A stretch of DNA of 64,000 nucleotides, from positions 26,026 through 90,025 of the IMG/VR virus record IMGVR_UViG_3300026177_000194; one strand, given 5' to 3'. Below the pieces are notes generated by a model. That model saw only the letters and a program-made list of their open reading frames with translations, was not told the DNA's origin and made no database searches. The stretch comes from a virus. Lineage: Duplodnaviria > Caudoviricetes. Positions 55,041-64,000 of this stretch are shown here, piece after piece. Each line of letters starts with the position of its first letter. The first letter of the stretch is position 1. The position numbers were made by a program, and so were the translations under genes.

Positions 55041-56294
55041 TTATTTACTAATTAACCTTTCAATTTTTTCAACACATAAATCAAAATTTAAATTGTTGTA
55101 ACATTGAGAATATCCGCCTATTGAATGTTTGCAAGGTTGCATTCCATGTTGGAAACAAGGCGAACATCCCTCTCTTTCTACATCAATCCAATCATTATTT
55201 TTATACGTTGAAAATCTAATTTTTCCAGGGAATGGACCCATTATAGAAAATGATTTTGTATTTAAACTTTCTGATATATGATTTAAAGCTGAATCTGTTG
55301 CAATTGTTAATTTGGCTAAAGAAACCATTGCTATTGTATCTGCTATTGTTGCGGAATATTGGCAGAAATTTTTAACCTTATCTTTATTATCTAATTTAGA
55401 AATAAAATTATCAACATCCGGCGACTTATGAGGGGAATCAGTAATTAAAATATTATAACCTTTCTCGGTTAAAATATTTATTAATTTTTTCCATAACTCA
55501 GGATTTGGTGTTCTAATTGGAGATGATGCTGTCATTTGAATTAATATAAAGTTTTTTTCTTCGATATTAAACTCTTTTAAAATACTTCTACATTTATCAA
55601 CTAATTCTTCATTGGGTGTTTGTTTTGGAATTAATAAATCATCAGAAAGATTTAAACCCATCCAACTTGAAAATAAGTTATATGAACAAATATTTTCTGC
55701 CTCTTTGCACCGTTCGATAACTCCCTCGAAAACACAATGATAATTAGAACTGAACATTTCACTAACAACAAAAGGTAAATCTAATACCTCATCAATACAA
55801 TCCCACTCACTAATCATAGACTGATATTGCGGACCGCATGCAAATTTAATTGTACATGTGGGATATTTTTCTTTGAGGTAAACTAAATTTGGTTGGATAA
55901 AGAGAAGATCACCGATTCCGCCTTGTCTAAATACTAATAATGATTTATTATCTAAATTTTGACCACTATAATGTTTATATATTTTTTTAAATTGTATAGC
56001 ACTCGGTTTAAGTATTTCTACATTTGTTCTAGTATCATAATGGAGTTGTAAATAAATACCAGCTCCCATTACGTACTTATTCTTTTTCTTTAATTCTTGT
56101 TGTCTAAATCTATTTTGTAAAAATCTTACACTTTTTATACACTCTGCAACAACAATATTTGGCGGACTATTTTTTAATTCATCCAATGTGTTTACAATAT
56201 TAAAATTATCAGAAGGAATTCCTAAAGCATATAATTCCATTTGAGACAATTTTTTTGGATAAAAAGTAGATTCGTTTGGATTATTTCTATTCAC
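55041..56294 (-). CDS. Glycosyltransferase family 9 (heptosyltransferase-like)
   Basis: RQGGIGDLLF, ATDSALNHIS, MGPF, CSPC. Confidence 0.8.
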   Translation of the reverse strand: MNRNNPNESTFYPKKLSQMELYALGIPSDNFNIVNTLDELKNSPPNIVVAECIKSVRFLQNRFRQQELKKKNKYVMGAGIYLQLHYDTRTNVEILKPSAIQFKKIYKHYSGQNLDNKSLLVFRQGGIGDLLFIQPNLVYLKEKYPTCTIKFACGPQYQSMISEWDCIDEVLDLPFVVSEMFSSNYHCVFEGVIERCKEAENICSYNLFSSWMGLNLSDDLLIPKQTPNEELVDKCRSILKEFNIEEKNFILIQMTASSPIRTPNPELWKKLINILTEKGYNILITDSPHKSPDVDNFISKLDNKDKVKNFCQYSATIADTIAMVSLAKLTIATDSALNHISESLNTKSFSIMGPFPGKIRFSTYKNNDWIDVEREGCSPCFQHGMQPCKHSIGGYSQCYNNLNFDLCVEKIERLISK

Positions 56295-56320
56295 TGTTTC
56301 ACAATTCCTTTCTTAAAAAA

Positions 56321-56536
56321 TTATTTTTTGTTTTTCTGTTTAGCCCAACCAGTTTTTAATTCATTAAAGAATTTTTTTCTCTGTTCACCTTTTAGTTGCA
56401 TAGGGGATTTGACTCCATATTTTTTTAGCATTGATTTAAAAAATTCTTGATATGCAGTCGTCTCCATCAAAATCATATCCAAAGATTTATCGACTATTTC
56501 ATTTAATAGATCTACATGTTTTTCTGATAATTTCAT
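56321..56536 (-). CDS. Small T4-like head-associated protein
   Basis: YQEFFKSMLKKYGVKSP..L....KKFFNE...W pattern seen in T4-like phages. Confidence 0.55.
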   Translation of the reverse strand: MKLSEKHVDLLNEIVDKSLDMILMETTAYQEFFKSMLKKYGVKSPMQLKGEQRKKFFNELKTGWAKQKNKK

Positions 56537-56552
56537 TTTTATTTCTCCTCTT

Positions 56553-57617
56553 TTACTTTTTGGTTTGGGTTGAAAAATCCGAAACGGTTTTAATTAACAA
56601 TCCTTGAGCGACTGCAGTTAATGGATTTTTAGCTCTTCTAATTTCAGAAATTTCAAATGGTAATTCATATTTGTTAATTGTATTTTTAAATAGTTCTAAG
56701 AATCCTTCAGGAAGTGAAGTTCCTCCAGATATTACTATTGGAATCTTTTCATCAATTTCCGTGTCAACATTTTCATGAAATTCATTAATTATTTTTTTAA
56801 TTGTATAATCAACTAAATTTTCATAAAAATATGTTAAGGATTCAAGAACCCTCCTTATTTTTTTGTTCGGTTCTTTTTGAAAACCATCATGTAAATTTAA
56901 ATGTTTTTCTTTGATGGTTGTTACTCTATTTTTTACAATATTCAATGATTCAGAAACATTTTTATCAATCCAGTCTCCACTCCTTGCAGTAGAAAATTTA
57001 AATGTTTCAATCCCCTTATATCCTACTGCGCAATTGCACATTCCTGCACCAAATGAAAGCGCCACGCCGGAGTATTTTTCATCAGCACATTCTGAATATA
57101 TGATTGCCATTGCTTCATTAATTGGTCTAAAATTTACACCAAATGCTGAAAGTATTCTCCCAAATACTTTTTCATGATAAGTCACTGATCTTCCTTCATC
57201 AATAGATTCAGCTGGAATACTATAAGATACATAAACATCTTTATCTTTAATATCTCCAAGAAGATCTCTTATCATAATAGTTAATACATCAATAGCATTA
57301 ATTTCTTTATTTGAAATCAATCCTTTCTCCATTGGTCTTGAAACTTCTTTACCAAAAATATTAGCTAATCTGAAGGCGTCCTCTCCAACGATATACAAAT
57401 TATTATCATTCTCAACATAACTAATGTCAGATAAATCAGAAATTGAAATTTCATCAGATTTTAACTCCAAAAAAACATTTCTCATTATTTTAATATCATC
57501 AGAATCACTTCTGGCTGCTTGCAGTGTCATTGTCCCAAAGTCAGCCCCAATATATAAATTATTGTTTTTTATTTTCTTTTTTTCTATCGTAGGTTCAGTT
57601 TTTATCTCTTCACTCAT
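56553..57617 (-). CDS. Actin-like ATPase (MreB/ParM superfamily)
   Basis: Phosphate-1 ADFGT, connect-1 INEAMA, phosphate-2 SFGAG, adenosine SGGTS. Confidence 0.75.
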   Translation of the reverse strand: MSEEIKTEPTIEKKKIKNNNLYIGADFGTMTLQAARSDSDDIKIMRNVFLELKSDEISISDLSDISYVENDNNLYIVGEDAFRLANIFGKEVSRPMEKGLISNKEINAIDVLTIMIRDLLGDIKDKDVYVSYSIPAESIDEGRSVTYHEKVFGRILSAFGVNFRPINEAMAIIYSECADEKYSGVALSFGAGMCNCAVGYKGIETFKFSTARSGDWIDKNVSESLNIVKNRVTTIKEKHLNLHDGFQKEPNKKIRRVLESLTYFYENLVDYTIKKIINEFHENVDTEIDEKIPIVISGGTSLPEGFLELFKNTINKYELPFEISEIRRAKNPLTAVAQGLLIKTVSDFSTQTKK

Positions 57618-57619
57618 TT

Positions 57620-58204
57620 TTATAAATCTCCTTTTTTATTTTTCGAAACGTTTTTTAATTTTTCTGCATTGCTTAAATCTGTTTTATTTGTTATTTTTCT
57701 AGTCGATGATGTTCCCTTTAATTTAATATTTTCTAAATTAATAGATGGAATAAAATCATCTACAGAGTCATCAAATTTTTTCTTTGGTTTTGTAAAACCA
57801 ATTTCTTCCTCCGCTCTTTTTCTTTCGTATGATGTTTTACTCGTTAATATATCACTATTTAAAAACTTTTCTAAAAGCCCCTCAATTTTTAAAATTGATT
57901 TTTGTTGATTTTTTATATTTTTTAAAATTTCAGATGAATCATCAATTTTTTTAATTTCTGTAATGTTATTCCTAACTGAATTTCTTTTAACTATCATTCT
58001 ATCAATAGTTTTTTCCAAAGATATACTATCATCAGAAATAATTCTATATCTCTCAATACCATTCTTTTTTAATTCAGAGATTACAAGATTAATATTAACT
58101 TTTGTGATGTCAACTTCTGCTGGAGTTCTAAATGGTATAAGACCAGGAATATTAATGAACATTCCTTTTGTTTTTATTAATAACTTTACCATTTTGTTTT
58201 CCAC
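57620..58204 (-). CDS. Hypothetical protein
   Basis: 194-aa ORF. Confidence 0.6.
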   Translation of the reverse strand: MENKMVKLLIKTKGMFINIPGLIPFRTPAEVDITKVNINLVISELKKNGIERYRIISDDSISLEKTIDRMIVKRNSVRNNITEIKKIDDSSEILKNIKNQQKSILKIEGLLEKFLNSDILTSKTSYERKRAEEEIGFTKPKKKFDDSVDDFIPSINLENIKLKGTSSTRKITNKTDLSNAEKLKNVSKNKKGDL

Positions 58205-58728
58205 CTTCTTTGTGTTTCTCCAATTACTTCTTTTGTTTTTGGATAAACAATTATTCTTTCATCTTGATTTAAAACTTTTGAAATTGTCTTTTTCATCTCA
58301 GATGGCACCAACAATTCTACTTCTCCAACCGCTGTAATCCATCTATAATCTTGGTGTTCAAATGATAATTTAATTTTTTGATTTGGATTTTTCATTCTAC
58401 ATAAAAAATTATATTGTGTTGATTTTCTTTTTCCTCTGTCAGCAATATATTCATATTTATCAATAAATTCTATAATCTCTACATCTAAACCGGTCTCTTC
58501 TTTAACTTCTCGTTTTAGACAATCTTCTAGTTTATTTTTATCACCTTTATCACATTTCCCCCTTGGGAACTCCCAAATATTAGGAAAATGGTCATCATGA
58601 GATCTTTGAATTAATAATACTGATTGAGTTCCTTCATCATCATTTTTTATAATTACAGCGCCTGCTACATTAACTTCTTTTACAACCAAATCTTCTTGAC
58701 CTATTAAAAATTCTTGATATAATTTCAT
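58186..58728 (-). CDS. Nudix hydrolase with a T4-like capsid-targeting leader
   Basis: Nudix box PRGKCDKG...REVKEETGL; N-terminus MKLYQEF. Confidence 0.85.
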   Translation of the reverse strand: MKLYQEFLIGQEDLVVKEVNVAGAVIIKNDDEGTQSVLLIQRSHDDHFPNIWEFPRGKCDKGDKNKLEDCLKREVKEETGLDVEIIEFIDKYEYIADRGKRKSTQYNFLCRMKNPNQKIKLSFEHQDYRWITAVGEVELLVPSEMKKTISKVLNQDERIIVYPKTKEVIGETQRRWKTKW

Positions 58729-58731
58729 ATT

Positions 58732-59811
58732 TTAAACTCCAATAATATTTTCTATATCTTTTTTAATTTTTTCTGTTGATGGAACTTGCTTTATATAATC
58801 TACCGGATAATATCTAATTAATTTCCAACCATATTCTTCTATTTCTTTTTGTCTAATCAAATCTTTTTCTTTATTTTGATGCCACCAAGATCCATCTGAT
58901 TCAAACCAAATCATTAATTCTGGAATTACAATATCTAAACAATAATCATGTTTATTTTTTCCCCTATAAAGAGGATAATTTAAAATTGCTGTAGGATATA
59001 TTTCTTTAATTCTATTAAATAATTCAACTTGAGGTTTTGATGGATTTTTAATTTTTGAATTCATATAGGCAGCATGTCCATTTAAACAATATTGTCTGCT
59101 TCGTTCTCTCTCTTTTTCACTTTGATGTTGTAATCCAACTTTACCTTTATTCCATGGAATAAATCCAGGTTTTCTATTTTTTCTCATTAATTCTTTTGAT
59201 TCTTCTTTTTGTTTACGACCTGTCATTGGATTTCCATATTTTTTATTTCTTAATATTTGAGATTCACACATTTTTTTATGTGTTTCTCCACTTATAATCT
59301 TGTTTTTACTTCCAGCTCTTATTCTTTCTAATCCTTCTTTTGAATGAATACCTTTCTTCCCTTTACACCACGGAACTTGTCCTTTACTTGTTTCACTATT
59401 TCTTTTCCTTTTATCTGGACATTTATTAACAGATTCTGAACAACAATATTTTGTATTTCCTATTTTATATAATGCTATTTGTCCACATCCATAATCACAT
59501 AATATTTTTGTATTTATATTAATTATTTTTTTTGAATCAACTTTCGCTTTTTTACTTCGTCTCTTTTGTTCTGGACATCGATGTGTATTACTTTCACAAC
59601 ACCACTTATTAACATTTTTAAAATAAAATTTAGGTTCTCGTCCACATCCATAATCACAGACATCAGGTTTCTCTCTTGGAACAACTTTATTTATATTTTT
59701 ACCTGAACATCGATGTGTATTACTTTCACAACACCATTTTCCATTTTTAAACTGATGCATGGCTTTCTGACCACAACCATAATCACATAATTTCATTTCA
59801 ATAATCTCCAA
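58732..59811 (-). CDS. Homing endonuclease: CDYGCG..WCC zinc repeats, NUMOD3-like segments and a Vsr/DUF559-like nuclease
   Basis: Three CDYGCG units; SKPQVELF...LDIVI...ESDGSWWH...D..RQ. Confidence 0.75.
   Translation of the reverse strand: MEIIEMKLCDYGCGQKAMHQFKNGKWCCESNTHRCSGKNINKVVPREKPDVCDYGCGREPKFYFKNVNKWCCESNTHRCPEQKRRSKKAKVDSKKIININTKILCDYGCGQIALYKIGNTKYCCSESVNKCPDKRKRNSETSKGQVPWCKGKKGIHSKEGLERIRAGSKNKIISGETHKKMCESQILRNKKYGNPMTGRKQKEESKELMRKNRKPGFIPWNKGKVGLQHQSEKERERSRQYCLNGHAAYMNSKIKNPSKPQVELFNRIKEIYPTAILNYPLYRGKNKHDYCLDIVIPELMIWFESDGSWWHQNKEKDLIRQKEIEEYGWKLIRYYPVDYIKQVPSTEKIKKDIENIIGV
59575..59736. repeat. 30-bp perfect direct repeat (2 copies) inside the endonuclease gene
   Basis: acatcgatgtgtattactttcacaacacca at 59575-59604 and 59707-59736; encodes WCCESNTHRC twice. 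Confidence 0.9.
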
Positions 59812-59812
59812 C

Positions 59813-61030
59813 TTAAATGTATTGATAAATAGAAATTTCTAATATATCATCCAATTCTAAAGTTACTGTAGTTTTATCAATTTCAATAACACTACCAGAT
59901 GATATTATATTATAATGATCACCATATATTAATTCTCCATATTTTCCGGATAATCTCAATAAATTATTATCTGTAACTACTTCAGGTAGAGAAATATTTA
60001 TAACAGAGGTAGAATCTACTTCTGATTGTGTTACAATATGATAATATCTTGTTTTAAATAATCTGCTTTTCTTATTATTTATCGTTGTTTCATCTGGAAA
60101 TACAATTGTTGAATTTGCTGTTGAATCCAATCCATGATCAACATTTGATTCAAAAGAATCTATGTTTGCTGGTATTTCATCTGCAGTTTCATAAGCTTTA
60201 TTTGCAGTATAACAAGAACCATATTTTACATTTATTTTTAAAGTTTCAGCTAAATAATTTGTTTCTAAAACTATAAAAGTTGGAAGTTCAATTTCATATG
60301 AGATAGTAAATCCCAATTTCCAATCTGGTAATGAATCTGTTCCTCCCAATCTTGTTGAGGAATCAGATATACTAGTTAATTTATATCTCGGTAAAATAGT
60401 ACATGGATAAACCAATTCATCAGTAGCTGTTGTTTTAACTAAATGATTATAAGAATCTTCAATATTTATTTTATAAGATTCTCCTGTAATATCATTCGTA
60501 TATCTATAGTTATAAACATCTTCTGGCAGAATAATAAAAGATGTAAACCATCTTGGATATATAAATCTTTCCATCCCTCCAAATATGAGATTTAAAAATA
60601 CTCTCATATCTGTGTATTCGTAAAAAGAAGACATTAAACCAATAAAATTTAATTCTCCAACCATTCTACTAAATGCAACAGTTATTAAAACATTTTGATC
60701 TTGATAAATTGGATGAAACATATATTTTGCAAAACCTGGTGCTAAATTAGGATATCTCCAAGGTTGTTTCCCATATGTTTCATCAAAAGAAAATTCTCCA
60801 GATGGATCACATATTAAAGCTGGACGCATAGGCTGATCCGTCTCGCGGGCGTATTGAACCTGTTTATTTAAATATTCCAATGCTTTATCGTACGTGCCAA
60901 CCACTTTCCATTGAAATCTTGGATACAAATAATCAGCAAAATAATCCAATGTATCTTTTACAAAATGACCAAATACATTATGCACCCAAAAATAATTATA
61001 TCTGGTTTCAATTTTATCAGAATCTGCCAT
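59813..61030 (-). CDS. Hypothetical structural protein (neck/tail-completion-like)
   Basis: 405 aa, beta-rich; position only. Confidence 0.5.
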   Translation of the reverse strand: MADSDKIETRYNYFWVHNVFGHFVKDTLDYFADYLYPRFQWKVVGTYDKALEYLNKQVQYARETDQPMRPALICDPSGEFSFDETYGKQPWRYPNLAPGFAKYMFHPIYQDQNVLITVAFSRMVGELNFIGLMSSFYEYTDMRVFLNLIFGGMERFIYPRWFTSFIILPEDVYNYRYTNDITGESYKINIEDSYNHLVKTTATDELVYPCTILPRYKLTSISDSSTRLGGTDSLPDWKLGFTISYEIELPTFIVLETNYLAETLKINVKYGSCYTANKAYETADEIPANIDSFESNVDHGLDSTANSTIVFPDETTINNKKSRLFKTRYYHIVTQSEVDSTSVINISLPEVVTDNNLLRLSGKYGELIYGDHYNIISSGSVIEIDKTTVTLELDDILEISIYQYI

Positions 61031-61059
61031 TTTATTTCTATTTCCTTACTAATTTAAAA

Positions 61060-61671
61060 TTAGTCTATAGTTATTATTTCATCTGAGATTACTCTTTTTG
61101 TAACATCTTTAATTTTACTATCTCTTAATTCATTATTAAATTCATCTATTAAATCAATTGATGAGGATGTTGCTATTTGTATTGCGCTACTTCTTACAAC
61201 TTTCTTTTGTAATTTTGAAATAATGTTCTGTCTTTCTGCAATTAAAAACACATATTCATTCATATAAGCTGATAATGTAAAACAATATAGATTTAAACTA
61301 TCATAAAAAGAAGAGTTATCCACTACAATTTTTGACATAGTAACAGATTCATTAAATAAAAAATTAACATCATTTGTATATTCTGGTTTAATTTCTTTAA
61401 ACTGATTGATAATATCTAGAGATTGATTTCTATAACTATGAAGATTTAAAAATGTTTCACAAAATTTTGATGATTCAATATTTTTAAACATAGCTACTTT
61501 AATACTACGTTTCAAATCTTTTGATTTTGATTGTGTAAAATCTGAATCAACACTAAATAATAAAAAAGATGATTTGTTATTATAAAATAATCCTACATCA
61601 TAAAAACCATCTAAAAATGGCAATCTAATTTTATAGTTTCTATTAAAAGATTTACCTAATTGTAAACTCAC
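61060..61671 (-). CDS. Hypothetical protein
   Basis: 203-aa ORF. Confidence 0.6.
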   Translation of the reverse strand: MSLQLGKSFNRNYKIRLPFLDGFYDVGLFYNNKSSFLLFSVDSDFTQSKSKDLKRSIKVAMFKNIESSKFCETFLNLHSYRNQSLDIINQFKEIKPEYTNDVNFLFNESVTMSKIVVDNSSFYDSLNLYCFTLSAYMNEYVFLIAERQNIISKLQKKVVRSSAIQIATSSSIDLIDEFNNELRDSKIKDVTKRVISDEIITID

Positions 61672-61686
61672 TTATTTATTCCCCTT

Positions 61687-63702
61687 TCAAAGAAGTTCAA
61701 AATTCCATTCATCTTCTTTTGATTTATTGTTTTCTATTGTTGATCTATATTTTGCAATAATTAACTCTTTTGTTAATAAACAATCTTCTAATTTGGTTCT
61801 AAAAGTGGTTAATGGTTCTTTTTTATTATCTGATTCATTCCAAACATATAATGCTTTAACTATATTATCTCCTAACTCTTCTTCTTCATAAATAGAATTT
61901 GAAAAATCATAATTATTATTTTTTAAATTCTCAATATAATTAAAAAATTCGTTTCTATATTTCTCTGGTATTTCATTATTAAAAAACTTTACTGTTTTCA
62001 AAATATTACTAACTGATTCTTTTTTTACTTCTAGTGGTTTTTCAACAATATCTTTTTTATGAAAAATATTTAATATTGTTTCAGATACATTCATGTTTTC
62101 TAAAACTTTCTTTAAATTGTCACTTCCTTCTGTTAAATCAACTCCATTTTTTTCTAAAACTTCTAACGGAACTAACTCATTTATTATTTGTTCTATACTT
62201 AGATTATTATCGGAATTTATTCTTAAAAATCCCGTTTTATATAAATCTTTATGTTTTCCATCAATTGTTACAGAAAACACTTCTTCTTTCTTTAATACTT
62301 TTTCATATAATTCATTACAAAAGTTTCTAATATCACTAACAGTAATTTCTTTAAAACCATTTGTAGTTAAAATATTTTGATAATGATTAAAAAATCCCAA
62401 TTCTGAATATTTTTCAAAATTTGTAGATAATGAATTTAAAATGATTTTAGATTTAATTGGATTAATAAATGAATAAGCTAATGGATCTAAAAATGTTCTT
62501 AATCTTAAATAAAACAATGCACCATTTTTATTAGCATCTGATTCTCTAGATTCCATTCTACTTCTAAACTCTTTTATAAATCCAAAGATTAATAAAATAT
62601 CATATGCTAAATTAATATTAAATGGATCAATTGAATTAATATCATCTACTTTATATTTTAGTATTTGAAAACCACTTGGAATAGAAACATTTTTATTAAT
62701 GTATAGATTTAAATATGTATCATGAGTAATCTTTGAAATATACAATAAAGATTTTAAATCATCTTTATTAATATTGGGTAAAAAAGAAAATGATGAATCT
62801 AAATTCATACTTCTTCTAAATCCTTCAAATATCGATATCATTGGATCAGGTCTAGTAATAGCTGCAGATAACATTGATTCCAAAACTGATAAATCCTTAG
62901 TTAATGTTTTATTTATCAATAAACTATTAACTTCTAAATTTTTAGGTTTTTCTTCAAGTATTACTTTACTATTAAGATCTGGAACCTGAATATTTTCCAT
63001 ATCTTTTCCTAAGAATTTATCAAAGTCATCTATTGTTTCTTCTATATTTGTAGTTGGAAATTCTTCGTTTGATTCCTTAATAGAATTTTGAATTAAATCA
63101 ATATTTGCTTTGTTTTCAATTAAAGTAGATGGAAGAATCATTATTCCATTTCTGATCATTTTATTCTGTTCTAATATTTCTGTTAATAGATTTCTTGAAG
63201 AAAAATCAAAAGAAATCTTTACAAATTCATTAACAAAATATTTTAAAATTCCAATAGCAAAAGATGAAAAAACAGAATATGGAACTACCACTTTTGTAAA
63301 ATCAGAACTACTGTGTATTACTGATATTGAAACAACTCTATCTCCCATGTTTTGAATTTGTATAAATTCAAATTTTAAACTTCTATCAAATTGATATTTC
63401 TTTAATAATACATTATTTCTGTTTGTAGAATAAATTGTTTCTATGTTTGCTAGTATATCCTTGATTGATACGAACAAATCTACTGAATCAGAATAATTTA
63501 AAGAACATAGTCTTCTTAAATTGTTTTCTCCTATTACTGAAATATGTAATGTTGGAGCTGAAAAAGTTTTATAATCTGTTGTATTATTACAAATACTCAC
63601 TTCTAAACTTCCACCAGAATTATAAGTTTTATCCTTGTGATATAACATATTCTGATTGAAGTAAATCCTTTCTAAATCATTTTGATTCATTCTTTCACAC
63701 AT
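61687..63702 (-). CDS. Large hypothetical protein
   Basis: 671-aa ORF; no motif recognised. Confidence 0.7.
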   Translation of the reverse strand: MCERMNQNDLERIYFNQNMLYHKDKTYNSGGSLEVSICNNTTDYKTFSAPTLHISVIGENNLRRLCSLNYSDSVDLFVSIKDILANIETIYSTNRNNVLLKKYQFDRSLKFEFIQIQNMGDRVVSISVIHSSSDFTKVVVPYSVFSSFAIGILKYFVNEFVKISFDFSSRNLLTEILEQNKMIRNGIMILPSTLIENKANIDLIQNSIKESNEEFPTTNIEETIDDFDKFLGKDMENIQVPDLNSKVILEEKPKNLEVNSLLINKTLTKDLSVLESMLSAAITRPDPMISIFEGFRRSMNLDSSFSFLPNINKDDLKSLLYISKITHDTYLNLYINKNVSIPSGFQILKYKVDDINSIDPFNINLAYDILLIFGFIKEFRSRMESRESDANKNGALFYLRLRTFLDPLAYSFINPIKSKIILNSLSTNFEKYSELGFFNHYQNILTTNGFKEITVSDIRNFCNELYEKVLKKEEVFSVTIDGKHKDLYKTGFLRINSDNNLSIEQIINELVPLEVLEKNGVDLTEGSDNLKKVLENMNVSETILNIFHKKDIVEKPLEVKKESVSNILKTVKFFNNEIPEKYRNEFFNYIENLKNNNYDFSNSIYEEEELGDNIVKALYVWNESDNKKEPLTTFRTKLEDCLLTKELIIAKYRSTIENNKSKEDEWNFELL

Positions 63703-63819
63703 TCCTTTCGTTTTGTCATCTAAGTTGAAATTTTAATATTCTTATTGAATATTACCTTATCAAATGTTTGTTCTGATTAATAAAAATTATTTCTTATAAA
63801 TATTTTTATACACGATGGA

Positions 63820-63884
63820 GGAAAAGATAACCTGAAGAGGAGACCCGCACCAAGCGTGGTCGTATTGAAAGGTTATACTTTTCC
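63820..63884 (+). other. GC-rich extended stem-loop in an intergenic region
   Basis: ggaaaag-ataacct pairs with aggttat-a-cttttcc, with an inner gacc-cgc/gcg-t-ggtc stem; TATAAATA at 63795-63802. Confidence 0.55.
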
Positions 63885-64000
63885 GATACGAATGTTAGAA
63901 GTTTTTCTCTTGTTGAATTAGCTCTAAATCTCATTATTTGTTTAAATTGATATCTAATTTTTGTTCCTATTAAACTAGATATTATCTAAGTTTCAATTCG

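Noticed and set aside
36042-56294. Host O-antigen island misassembled into a phage contig
   Set aside because: Composition and promoter motifs match the rest of the window, phage genes (PAAR, AEP, islands) are interleaved, and no export or polymerase genes are present.
1-64000. Genome-wide TAG recoding (code 15) suggested by the CUA tRNA
   Set aside because: Long genes are intact under code 11 and TAG terminates several genes, with further stops a few codons later.

Overview
A 64-kb piece of a large, AT-rich tailed-phage genome with T4-like/myovirus architecture. Almost all genes are on the minus strand. From the right end leftward it contains: (1) tail/neck-region hypotheticals, a Vsr-type homing endonuclease, a Nudix hydrolase and an actin-like ATPase; (2) a ~20-kb glycan locus with about 10 glycosyltransferases, 3 methyltransferases, 2 acetyltransferases and WbpB/WbpE/WbpD/WbpI-like enzymes, with a PAAR spike-tip gene inside it; (3) a nucleotide, DNA-modification and anti-defence block (QueC, dCMP deaminase, NDT, tandem Tad2/DUF2829, Hc1, Pth-like, a CUA-anticodon tRNA, ThyX, DenV, PIG-L + GT, UDG-fused PolB, QueE, bS21, GroES, macrodomain, DpdA/TGT-like, DnaB-like helicase); (4) a head module (acidic scaffold, putative internal head proteins, portal, prohead protease). 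Three transposase-less RNA-guided nuclease elements (2 TnpB, 1 IscB) each interrupt a small phage gene; the IscB has lost all RuvC catalytic residues but keeps its HNH site and omega-RNA. Short plus-strand islands all start with one conserved promoter-like motif, and two of them appear to encode structured non-coding RNAs (one tRNA-like, one pseudoknotted). No CRISPR array or rRNA was seen. All family assignments come from motif recognition by eye, not from database searches.
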